Assembly (NCBI GenBank): GCA_963716745.1
Contig: OY970320.1
Coordinates: 1,760,001 to 1,824,000, forward strand
DNA length: 64,000 nucleotides
Source: an uncultured Gemmatimonadaceae bacterium
GTDB taxonomy: Bacteria > Gemmatimonadota > Gemmatimonadetes > Gemmatimonadales > Gemmatimonadaceae
Direction of reading: 5' to 3'
Shown piece by piece: positions 28,128-36,220 of the stretch; position 1 is the stretch's first letter, and each line of letters opens with the position of its first letter. A program made the position numbers and the translations under genes. The notes beneath the pieces are model-generated. The model made no database searches. It saw only the letters and a program-made list of their open reading frames with translations, and was not told the origin of the DNA.

Positions 28128-29400
28128 GCTCTGGGCGGTGATCTCGCGCGAATACATGGAGCGCGTGCGCAGCAGGTGGTTCGTGTTCGCAACGGTGTTC
28201 GGTCCCGTGCTCTTCGGGGCGCTGCTCATCCTGCCGCCGCTGCTCGCACTGCGCACGAAGGCCTCGGACGATGTCGCGAACATCGTGATCCTCGACGCCA
28301 CGGGCGCGGGAGTCGGGGAGCGCGTGGCGGCGGCGATACCGCGTCCCGTCGGCGCTCCCATGCCGACGGTGCGCGTCGTGACGATCGATACCCTCACGCG
28401 CGCCGAGAGCACGGCCACGCACGAGGTGATGCGCGCCGATAAGCGTGGCTATCTCGTCCTCGATCAGCGAGCGCTCGCCGGTGAGTCCGCGCGCTACGCC
28501 GGCCGCAACGCGAGTTCGATCGGCGACATGGAAGCCCTCACGAGCGTCGTGCGCCAGAGCGTGTTGCGCACGCGCCTCGCACAGGCGCACGTGGACTCCG
28601 GTCAGGCGGCGACGATCGCGTCGCTCAAGCCGGAGCTCATCACCGAGCGGCTCTCGGAACAGGGACGTGCCGGCTCGGGCATGGTGAACGCGTTCGCCGG
28701 ATTCGGCATCGCGTTCCTCTTGTACATGTCGATCATCCTTTACGGGCAGACAGTACTGCGCGGCGTGATCGAGGAGAAGAACACGCGCGTCGCCGAGGTC
28801 GTGGTGGCGAGCGTGTCCACCGATACGCTGCTCGCGGGCAAGGTGTTAGGGGTCGGCGCGGTGGGGATCACGCAGCAGATCCTCTGGATCGCGAGCGGGA
28901 TCCTCATGGCCAAGTTCAGGGTCCCGATCCTCACCGCACTCGGCGCGAAAGCGGAGCCGGTCGCGCTTCCGCATGTGGGCCTCCCGGTCGCGATCGTGCT
29001 CCTGCTCTTCTTCGTGCTCGGATACATCTTCTATTCGTCGCTCTTCGCGGCGGTGGGCGCGATGGTGAGCAATGAGCAGGACGCGCAGCAGGCGGCGACG
29101 CCGGTGATCATGCTGCTCGTCACACCGATGCTCTTCCTGCAGACGATCCTGCTCAACCCATCGAGCCGCACGGCGGAGATCCTCTCTTGGATCCCCTTCG
29201 CGGCGCCGATCATCATGCCGCTCCGGATGATCGTGACGAGCGTGCCGTGGATCGAGGTCGCGCTGACCCTCGCCGGCGTACTCGCTGCCTGCGCCGCCGC
29301 CGTCTGGCTCGCCGCGCGGATCTATCGCGTGGGCCTGCTCATGTACGGCAAGCGGCCGTCTCTTGGAGAAGTCGCGAGGTGGGTGCGAAGAGCTAGCTGA
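28120..29400 (+). CDS. ABC-2 exporter permease (NatB/YhaP-like)
   Basis: GVIEEKNTRVAEV, LAGKVLG and IYRVGLLMYGKRP. Confidence 0.9.
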   Translation: MGKLWAVISREYMERVRSRWFVFATVFGPVLFGALLILPPLLALRTKASDDVANIVILDATGAGVGERVAAAIPRPVGAPMPTVRVVTIDTLTRAESTATHEVMRADKRGYLVLDQRALAGESARYAGRNASSIGDMEALTSVVRQSVLRTRLAQAHVDSGQAATIASLKPELITERLSEQGRAGSGMVNAFAGFGIAFLLYMSIILYGQTVLRGVIEEKNTRVAEVVVASVSTDTLLAGKVLGVGAVGITQQILWIASGILMAKFRVPILTALGAKAEPVALPHVGLPVAIVLLLFFVLGYIFYSSLFAAVGAMVSNEQDAQQAATPVIMLLVTPMLFLQTILLNPSSRTAEILSWIPFAAPIIMPLRMIVTSVPWIEVALTLAGVLAACAAAVWLAARIYRVGLLMYGKRPSLGEVARWVRRAS

Positions 29401-29518
29401 ACGACGCGGGACTCGGGACTCGGGACTCGCCGCGGGATTCGACAACTACCCGGTGTAGCAACGCGCCGTTCACGAATCCCGCGGCGAGTCCCGAGCCCCG
29501 AGTCCCGCGTCGTTCAGC
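29396..29518. repeat. Long inverted repeat built of CGGGACT heptamers (element B)
   Basis: 46-bp arms (29396-29441 and 29473-29518) with one mismatch. They include the TGA stops of both convergent genes. Confidence 0.95.
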
Positions 29519-29930
29519 AGTTCGCGTCGAACGCCGCCGTCAGATCCGCCGCGATGGCCGCCGCGTCACGCCCTTCGATCTGATTGCGTTCGAGCATGAA
29601 CGCGAGCCGCCCGTCCTTGAAGAGCGCGATCGACGGCGAGCTGGGGCGGTAGCCGGTGATGTAGCTGCGCGCGCGCTCGGTCGCTTCGGCGTCCTGGCCG
29701 GCGAACACGGTCGTGAGCTTGGCCGGCTTCTTCGCGTTCGCGAGCGCGAGCGTCACCGCCGGGCGCGCATTGCGCGCGGCGCACCCGCACATCGAGTTCA
29801 CCACCAGCAGCGTCGTACCGCGCGCATCCTTGAGCGCGCCGTCCACTTCGGATGGCGTCTTCAATTCGGATACGCCGATCCGCGTGAGCTCGGCGCGCAT
29901 CGGCGCGATGAAGCGTTCGTCGTACATCAT
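29514..29930 (-). CDS. BrxA/BrxB family bacilliredoxin (YphP-like)
   Basis: PMRAELT, VNSMCGCAA..ARP, TVFAGQD and PSSPSIALFKDG. Confidence 0.92.
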   Translation of the reverse strand: MMYDERFIAPMRAELTRIGVSELKTPSEVDGALKDARGTTLLVVNSMCGCAARNARPAVTLALANAKKPAKLTTVFAGQDAEATERARSYITGYRPSSPSIALFKDGRLAFMLERNQIEGRDAAAIAADLTAAFDANC

Positions 29931-29935
29931 GATCC

Positions 29936-30310
29936 TCATTCCTCTCTGGAGACGCCGCCGCGCACGAGCGCGAGGATCGCGGTCTGCGGGACGACGAGAT
30001 AGCGGTCGTTCTCGAACGAGATCTCCACCGCCGCCCGGCGGAAGAACAGCGCGTAGTCGCCCTCCCGTGCCTGCATCGGCACGAAGCGCGTCTCGCGCGC
30101 TGCGGTGCGCCACGGCTCCTCGCTCGATTCGGATGGGTCCGGCATCGGCAGCCCAGGGCCCGTCGCCACGATGCGCCCGCCCTGCACCGCTTGCGTGTCG
30201 ACCGCACTCGGCGGCAGGTAGAGTCCCACCTTGCTGCGCTCCTCGCCCGCTTCGATGGCGATGAGCACGCGGTCGCCCACGACGATCAGCTGCTTGTCCT
30301 TGCGCGGCAT
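29936..30310 (-). CDS. GroES-family co-chaperone-like protein
   Basis: VVGDRVLI...GLYLP...GRIVATGPG...EGD...YLVVPQTAILA, with an insertion. No groEL nearby. Confidence 0.85.
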   Translation of the reverse strand: MPRKDKQLIVVGDRVLIAIEAGEERSKVGLYLPPSAVDTQAVQGGRIVATGPGLPMPDPSESSEEPWRTAARETRFVPMQAREGDYALFFRRAAVEISFENDRYLVVPQTAILALVRGGVSREE

Positions 30311-30335
30311 GACGGGAAAGATACTCGCGGAACGG

Positions 30336-30878
30336 TCAGGGTGCCGACTCTTCCTGCTTCACATGATCGGCGTGGATCAGCTGCGCCGTGCTCTCGCGAT
30401 TCTCGTGCTTCAGCATCTCGTAGCGCACCCGCTGCACCACGACGCCGAGGATGCCCGCGAAGAGCACGATCGCCAGCGTGTGGAGCACCACCGTGCGGAA
30501 CGCGATCGTGGACCAGTCTCCCCACGTGGCCTGCTCCGTGCCGACGATCTCGACGTGGAATGCGATGAGGATCGCACTGATCGTGATCGCGGCGAAGCTC
30601 TCGACCAGCGCGAAGCTGGGCGCCCGCCATTTCCACTGATGCACCGGATGGCTGCCCAGGTGGATCGTCGTGCCGGCGATCAGGATGGCGAGCTGACCGA
30701 GCACACCCAACAGGAGCAGCAGCAGCGAGCGTCCCGCGCCGGAGTGAAAGGCGAGTTCGCGGAATCCGTACACGAACACCGCGGTGATGATCGCCATGCC
30801 CACGAGCGAATGCGCGAAGCGCCGCGGGAGGGCGTCCTCCGCGGTGAGATTTTCCGTATGGCGCGGGAAGAAGCTCAT
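30336..30878 (-). CDS. Hypothetical membrane protein (about 4 TM)
   Basis: Hydrophobic helices, GC3-rich codons and position within an operon-like run. Confidence 0.75.
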   Translation of the reverse strand: MSFFPRHTENLTAEDALPRRFAHSLVGMAIITAVFVYGFRELAFHSGAGRSLLLLLLGVLGQLAILIAGTTIHLGSHPVHQWKWRAPSFALVESFAAITISAILIAFHVEIVGTEQATWGDWSTIAFRTVVLHTLAIVLFAGILGVVVQRVRYEMLKHENRESTAQLIHADHVKQEESAP

Positions 30879-30926
30879 GCCGCTAATCTAACGCCACGGG
30901 GACCGCACGAGGCGCGGCCGGCAGGT

Positions 30927-31208
30927 TCAGGAACCCGCGGCGCCTTGCGAACCGCGCTTCGGGCCCGGGTACATCTGCTGCAAGCGCTCGCCCGGCGGCA
31001 CCGATTCGGGCTGGACGGTGCCGCTGGCGGTGGCGCGCTCGCGCAGCTGCTTCGTGAGCAGATTCATCTCCTCGAAGGCGACCACGGCGCGTTTCTCGGC
31101 GTCTTCCTTCTGCTTGGCCAGTCGCTGCAGGCGCCACGCGATGAACAGCGCGCACACCATGAGCACGATGAAGACCAGCCCCAACCCCATGAATTGTTTC
31201 TCGGTCAT
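30927..31208 (-). CDS. Hypothetical protein, N-terminal TM plus coiled coil
   Basis: MTEKQFMGLGLVFIVLMVCALFIAW..., preceded by a GGAGGA SD. Confidence 0.7.
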   Translation of the reverse strand: MTEKQFMGLGLVFIVLMVCALFIAWRLQRLAKQKEDAEKRAVVAFEEMNLLTKQLRERATASGTVQPESVPPGERLQQMYPGPKRGSQGAAGS

Positions 31209-31271
31209 GCGGCGATTCCTCCTCCATTCCCTACGACTGGAGGCCCGCCCTGGCAACACGCGGCGCCGGCG

Positions 31272-32609
31272 TTAGGGCGCCCGCTCCGAGGTCTTGAACC
31301 AGATGTACAGGGGGACGCCGGCCATCATCACGATGAAGCCGTAGAAGATCACTTCTTGGCCCACGCCGTACGTCGCCCATAGGAGGAAAATGAAGCAGAC
31401 CAGCGCGATCGCCTGCGTGCGGACTCGCATCGCGGCGCTCCAGTCGCCGCCGGGTCGCCGAGCGAGCATTAATGCCGCCGCGGAATTGTACAAGTACGGG
31501 AAGAGCGCGCCGAGGTTCGCGAGCAGAATGAGCAGAGTGAAGACATCCAGCAGCGTGCCCTTCACGAAATAGAGCGGGATGAGCAGCGCTGCGACGGTGG
31601 TGCCGGTGAGGAGCGCCACGTGCGGCGTGCCGAAGCGCGGGTGCAGCTTGCCGAACGCGCGGAAGAAGATCCCGTCCTCCGCCGCGCTGAATGGGATGCG
31701 TCCTACCATGAGCGTCCAGCCGTTCAGGACGCCGAGGCACGCGAACACCGCGCCCACGCTCACCCAGAAGGCCGCGCGCGGGCCGAGCACCTGCTGCGCC
31801 GCGAGCTCCAGGGGATGCGCCGAACTCGCGACGACATCGTTCGGAAGCGCACCCGTCACGGCGAGCGCGAACACGAAGAAGACGAGCGTCGCGAGTCCGA
31901 AACCGAGCATCGTTCCGAGGCGGATCATCCGGCCGGGTTGATCCACCTCCTCGGCGGGCACTGTGGCCGACTCGATGCCGGAGAACGCCCACACGAGGAG
32001 GGCCGATCCCGTAGCGAGCGCACCGATGCCCTTCGGCGCGAACGGATGCAGATTGGCCGGGTCGAAGTGGAAGAGCACGATGCCGAGCACGGTGAGCGGC
32101 ACGACGCTGAAGAGCAGGATCGCGATCTGCACGCGCGCGCCCACCTTGATGCCGAGCACATTCAGGATGCAGAGCGTCCAGAGGATCCCCTCGGCGAGCA
32201 GCGCCTGGTAGATCACGCTGTCGTTGAGCACGGGGAAGAGCCGCGTGAAGTACGCGATGCCGCCGGTGACGATCGCCGCGTTCCCCACCGCGGCGCTCAG
32301 CCAGTACATCCACACCGTCTGGAATCCGGCGAAGTCGCCGAACGCCTCGCGGGCGAACACGTACGGCCCGCCGGTGCGCGGGTAGCGCGTGCCGAGCGAA
32401 CCATAGAGGAGCGCGAGCAGGAAGAAGCCGGCAGCGGTGATGAGCCAGGAGAGGAGCCCGATCGGGCCGACCTGCTGCGCGAGCGACGCCGGGAGCGTGT
32501 AGAGCGACGTGCCCAGCATGTTACCGGCGATGAGCGCGACGACGCCCACGAGCGACAGGCCGCGCACGAAGCGCGCCTTCGGAGCGCCGGACGCGCCGGC
32601 GTCGCTCAC
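31272..32609 (-). CDS. APC-family amino acid permease
   Basis: GNMLGTSLY, PRTGGPY, WAFSGIE and LHPRFGTP. About 12 TM. GTGA overlap with the lepB stop. Confidence 0.92.
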   Translation of the reverse strand: MSDAGASGAPKARFVRGLSLVGVVALIAGNMLGTSLYTLPASLAQQVGPIGLLSWLITAAGFFLLALLYGSLGTRYPRTGGPYVFAREAFGDFAGFQTVWMYWLSAAVGNAAIVTGGIAYFTRLFPVLNDSVIYQALLAEGILWTLCILNVLGIKVGARVQIAILLFSVVPLTVLGIVLFHFDPANLHPFAPKGIGALATGSALLVWAFSGIESATVPAEEVDQPGRMIRLGTMLGFGLATLVFFVFALAVTGALPNDVVASSAHPLELAAQQVLGPRAAFWVSVGAVFACLGVLNGWTLMVGRIPFSAAEDGIFFRAFGKLHPRFGTPHVALLTGTTVAALLIPLYFVKGTLLDVFTLLILLANLGALFPYLYNSAAALMLARRPGGDWSAAMRVRTQAIALVCFIFLLWATYGVGQEVIFYGFIVMMAGVPLYIWFKTSERAP

Positions 32610-33370
32610 GCGTTCCACAATCCTTTCAGCAGCCGGCTCCAGCGCAGGCGCAGGTCTTCGACGTCGAAGGAGAAATAGATGAACAGCGGCCGGCCGCGGA
32701 AATTCTTTCGCGGGATGAATCCGTAGTAGCGCGCGTCGATCGAGTTGTAGCGATTGTCGCCGAGGGAGAAGTAGTGGCCGGCGGGCACGAGCAGCGGGCC
32801 CCAGTCATCGTGCGTGGGCACCGCGGGGGCGGGGCCGAAGCGCGAACCCTGCACCGTGAAGTTCTTCTGCCATTCGAAGGCGACACTCGTCTCGCCGGGC
32901 TGCTGCGGTCCGGGCGCGGGGACCACCGGCGGCAGGCTCTCGACGCCGTTCACATAGAGGACGCCGGCGCGCATGTAGATCGTGTCGCCCGGCGTGGCGA
33001 CGATGCGCTTCACGACCGTGAGCATCGAGTCGTTCTTGTCGAAGTACGGCGTGGCCGGCGACCAGTGCTGCGGCGGCGAATCGTAGACCGAGATCTTGTT
33101 GCGCGGCGGGTCCGAGAAGCCCGGCAGGTTCCAGTTCGTGAACGGGATGTGCGGGCCGTACGGGAGCGGCGTGACGAAGAGGAAATCGCCGGTCTGGAGC
33201 GTGGGCTCCATGCTGCCACTGGGGATGCGGTACCCCGCGAGGAAGAGCGTATGGACGACCGCCCAGATCGCGATCACCTCGAGGACGAGACGCGCGAACG
33301 AGGCCGGCGTCATTGGCGGCTCTGGCTTGGGCGGTACTTTCTTGGCGGCGGGCTTGGCGGAGTCGGCCAC
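32606..33370 (-). CDS. lepB: Signal peptidase I
   Basis: IPSGSMEPTLQTGD, VKRIVATPGD and LGDNRYNSIDARY. Start uncertain (33370 GTG or 33436 TTG). Confidence 0.92.
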   Translation of the reverse strand: MADSAKPAAKKVPPKPEPPMTPASFARLVLEVIAIWAVVHTLFLAGYRIPSGSMEPTLQTGDFLFVTPLPYGPHIPFTNWNLPGFSDPPRNKISVYDSPPQHWSPATPYFDKNDSMLTVVKRIVATPGDTIYMRAGVLYVNGVESLPPVVPAPGPQQPGETSVAFEWQKNFTVQGSRFGPAPAVPTHDDWGPLLVPAGHYFSLGDNRYNSIDARYYGFIPRKNFRGRPLFIYFSFDVEDLRLRWSRLLKGLWNA

Positions 33371-33490
33371 TACAGCTGGGGGCGGAGAGGAGCGATCGGC
33401 GCGGCGGACGGCACGCCGCACGAAGCGCGGAGACAACGAAGGCGGCCCGCGAGCGAGCCGCCCCGTCGAGCACGCGACAATCGTCGCGAA

Positions 33491-33784
33491 CTATTTCATG
33501 TGCTTGCTGGCAAGCTTGGTCATCTCGAACATTGAGACCTGCTTCTTGCCGTTGAACACCATCTTCATCTTGTCGTCGGCGTTGATCATGCGACGATTCT
33601 TCTTGTCCTGCAGTTTGTGCTTCTTGATGTACTGCCAGAGCTTCTTGGTGATCTCGGTGCGGGGCATTGGCTTCATGCCGACCACTCCGCCGAGTGCATC
33701 ATCCGGCTTCATCGGCTTCATGAACGCCGCATTCGGCTTCCGCTTCTTGCCGGTCTTCTTTTTCGCCTTCTTCTTGGTGGCCAT
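33491..33784 (-). CDS. SWIB/MDM2-domain protein with Lys-rich N-terminus
   Basis: MATKKKAKKKTGKKRKPNAAFMKP...PRTEITKKLWQYIKKHKLQD...INADDK...VSMFEMTK. Confidence 0.92.
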   Translation of the reverse strand: MATKKKAKKKTGKKRKPNAAFMKPMKPDDALGGVVGMKPMPRTEITKKLWQYIKKHKLQDKKNRRMINADDKMKMVFNGKKQVSMFEMTKLASKHMK

Positions 33785-33876
33785 CGATGCCCTCTCCGAG
33801 TGGTAAGTGATCCGCCGTCGGGGGAAGGAACGCCGGTCCGACGCGACAAATACTACGCCGCTCGCCCGACAATGCA

Positions 33877-33985
33877 ATAGGGAGGTTGCCGTTTTCTCAT
33901 AGGGAGAGGCGCCCTCCCCAGAGGGGAATCGGCCCCCGCGGGTCGTTCCGGGGCCGGTTTCTCATAGGGGAAACGGCGTTTCCCC
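33877..33985. promoter_or_regulatory. Periodic operator-like array
   Basis: AWAGGG-like motif at 33877, 33899, 33920 and 33964. TTTCTCATAGGG occurs twice, and a GGGGAAACG-G-CGTTTCCCC palindrome closes the array. Confidence 0.5.
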
Positions 33986-34023
33986 GCTCTGGCGGCGGCG
34001 CGATCCGGGCCTACATTGCCGCC

Positions 34024-34260
34024 ATGACGCCCATTTCCCCCTCGGAGCGCGCAGGGCCGCCGCCGCTCTCCCGCGTGCGCATTCTCGCGGCGGCCGCGCT
34101 CATGGCGGTCACGGCGGCGGTCGCCGCCTACGCCATAGGCGAGCATCAGCGGGCCGAGCGACTGGCGGCGGAGGTCGCGCGGCTCCACGAGGTGGAGCGC
34201 ACGCTCGCGGATTCCCTTGGTACGCAGCGCGCGCGCGGCGCTACTGTACCGCCTCGATGA
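34024..34260 (+). CDS. Small hypothetical protein (TM helix plus coiled coil)
   Basis: 78 aa with the hydrophobic ILAAAALMAVTAAVAAYAI followed by AERLAAEVARLHEVERTL. It fills an otherwise empty gap. Confidence 0.55.
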   Translation: MTPISPSERAGPPPLSRVRILAAAALMAVTAAVAAYAIGEHQRAERLAAEVARLHEVERTLADSLGTQRARGATVPPR

Positions 34261-34339
34261 CGCCGATCATGAGTTTGAGCCCGAACCCGATGTTCTTCAC
34301 CGAGAGGCGCTCGTTGACTTCGGGAGAGGGAGCGGTCAT
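34241..34339 (-). pseudogene. 32-codon remnant of an M20 peptidase gene
   Basis: MTAPSPEVNERLSVKNIGFGLKLMIGVIEAVQ* aligns with the C-terminus NDERLSVANVGFGVKFLYDIILYTQ* of 43167..44576. ATGA overlap with the nfo stop. Confidence 0.7.
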
Positions 34340-35226
34340 TGCTCGAGCGCGCGGAGCAATTTCATCATGCGCACGTCGTACGGGTCGGGCGAGACATCGT
34401 CGTCGGCGATATCGGCGTGCTCCTGCGGCGTCTCGAGGATCATCGGCACGTGATGCGAGCGCTCGTCCTCGAGCAGCCAGCCGAACGGGTCCGCGCCGAT
34501 CTTCCCTTCCCCAATGAGCGCGTGACGGTCGAGGTTGGAGCCGAGCGCACCGGTGCTGTCGTTCAGGTGGAAGAAGCTCGGCGATTCTCCAGTGGCCTCC
34601 TGAAACGCGTCGAGCACTTCCGTAAGCGAGAACCGCGAGGATGCGATGTCGTGCCCCGCAGCGAAGAGATGACAGGTATCGAGTCCGTAGCCGGTGCGCG
34701 CGCGCAGCTTCTTGGGCACGGCGCCCAGGATGCCGCTCACTTCGTCGGGCGTCTTGCCGATCGTCGCGCCGGCGCCGGCGGTGTTCTCCACGAGGAGGCG
34801 CGTGTCGCCCGGCACCGTCTCGAGCGCCGCGGTGATCGCGCGGGCGACGCGCTCCACGGCCGCGCCGCGGTCGCCGTCCTTCGCCGCGCCGGGGTGGAAG
34901 CAGACCGCGCCGATCCCGAGCGCGGTGGAGCGCTCGAGCTCCTTCGTGAGGCCGGCGCTCGCGCGGATCCACTTGTCGTCCTCGTGCGTCGCGGTGTTGA
35001 GCACGTACGCGGCGTGCGCCACCACGTGCGCCGGCGCGATGCCCGCTTCTTTCAGGGCGGCGCGGAATTTCGTGACGCGCTCCGGTTTGATGGACGACTT
35101 GTCGCCGTAGAATTTCGGGATCGCCGTGAAGAGCTGCATGGCGGTCATGCCCGCTCCGCCGGCGCGCCGCGCGGCCTGGTCGATCCCGCCGTTGTCGATC
35201 GTGTGCGCGCCCAGGAAATGTTTCAT
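34336..35226 (-). CDS. nfo: Endonuclease IV
   Basis: LGAH, HAAYVLN, FHPG, LVENTAG, LDTCH, HLNDS...DRH..IGEG.IG and ILETP. Confidence 0.95.
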   Translation of the reverse strand: MKHFLGAHTIDNGGIDQAARRAGGAGMTAMQLFTAIPKFYGDKSSIKPERVTKFRAALKEAGIAPAHVVAHAAYVLNTATHEDDKWIRASAGLTKELERSTALGIGAVCFHPGAAKDGDRGAAVERVARAITAALETVPGDTRLLVENTAGAGATIGKTPDEVSGILGAVPKKLRARTGYGLDTCHLFAAGHDIASSRFSLTEVLDAFQEATGESPSFFHLNDSTGALGSNLDRHALIGEGKIGADPFGWLLEDERSHHVPMILETPQEHADIADDDVSPDPYDVRMMKLLRALEQ

Positions 35227-36024
35227 GGTGCACTCCGCGTTCCGGTCCGGACCATCGGGAGCGCGCCGCGCGCGGTGATCCACGCGACGGCGATCCGTTC
35301 GCCGCGCAACGCGACGCGCGGCGCCCCCGCCGGCACGGATCTCCCCGAGATGGCGGGTAAGATGTGGTCAATGATATGGCCGTCGGTCGTCGAGAGTGCG
35401 AGACCGATCCAGCCGTCGCCATCGTTGGGCGCCTGGTACGCGACCGCCACCGTGTCGCCGAGCGATGCGACGCTCGCCATGGCGGGATCGGCGCCGAAGG
35501 CGATCGGCACCGGCGGGTGCCAGACCGCGCCGTGTTCCATCGAGTGCACGAACCAGACTCCCGCGCCATCCAGCGGCTCCAGGAAGTAGGCGAGGTGCAC
35601 GAACCCGGTGGCGGAATCCGCCGCGATCGCCGGCGCCGGGCGCGCACAGCCCCGGCGGCCGGCATCGCGCGCGTCGGCGGCGGTCCCCTTCGTCCATGCC
35701 GCGCCGCCATCGGTCGTACGCGCCACCATGAGCACCACGCTGCTGTCCGCGCGCGCCGCGAACCACGCGGCGAACCACTCACCGCCCTGCGTGCGAGCCG
35801 CGACCAAGGATCCCGGGCACGCGCCCGCGATGCTCGGCATCACGGGCGCCGCCGGTCGCACGGCGCGCGCACTCCCCCGCGCGTCGAGCGCGAGGACCCA
35901 CGCGGGCCCCGCCGCAGGCGACCGAGGCCGAATCGAGACGGGATGCCTCCAGCCAGTCCACCGGCGCGCGCTCGCACGACAGGAGAGCGATCGTCGCGAT
36001 CAAGATGAGACAGGATTTCCTCAC
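35223..36024 (-). CDS. Lipoprotein with BNR/Asp-box-like repeats (apparent +1 frameshift near 35920)
   Basis: VRKSCLILIATIALLSC lipobox in one frame; RTTDGGAAW, HSMEHGAVW and STTDGH in the next. Overlaps the nfo start. Confidence 0.7.
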
Positions 36025-36197
36025 GGCCCAAGTTATTACTCGGGAAGGAGAATTCGCGATGCTGTACCGCCGTTCCGTCAAATCATGTCAATCATGTTAA
36101 TCCTGTCCAAGCAGTTTGTTGGGGCCCGGCAACCGCTTTGACATGATTAACAAGATTGACAGGATTTGTATCTTCATCCTGTATATCTTTCCTGTCC
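36001..36197. repeat. Alternating arrays of the AT-rich nonamer GACAGGATT/AATCCTGTC (element E)
   Basis: Arms 36079-36116 and 36131-36168 are inverted with 33/38 identity. Additional partial arms at 36001-36018 and 36171-36197. Confidence 0.9.
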
Positions 36198-36220
36198 GCT
36201 CTCCACGAAAAGGAACGCCA

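Noticed and set aside
33877..33985. Mini CRISPR array
   Set aside because: The repeats are only 6-12 nt with a 21-22 bp period, there are no unique 30-40 nt spacers and no cas genes.
36116..36220. N-terminal extension of PruA (MINKIDRICIFILYIF)
   Set aside because: It is a translation of the nonamer repeat. ATG 36221 has an AAGGA SD.
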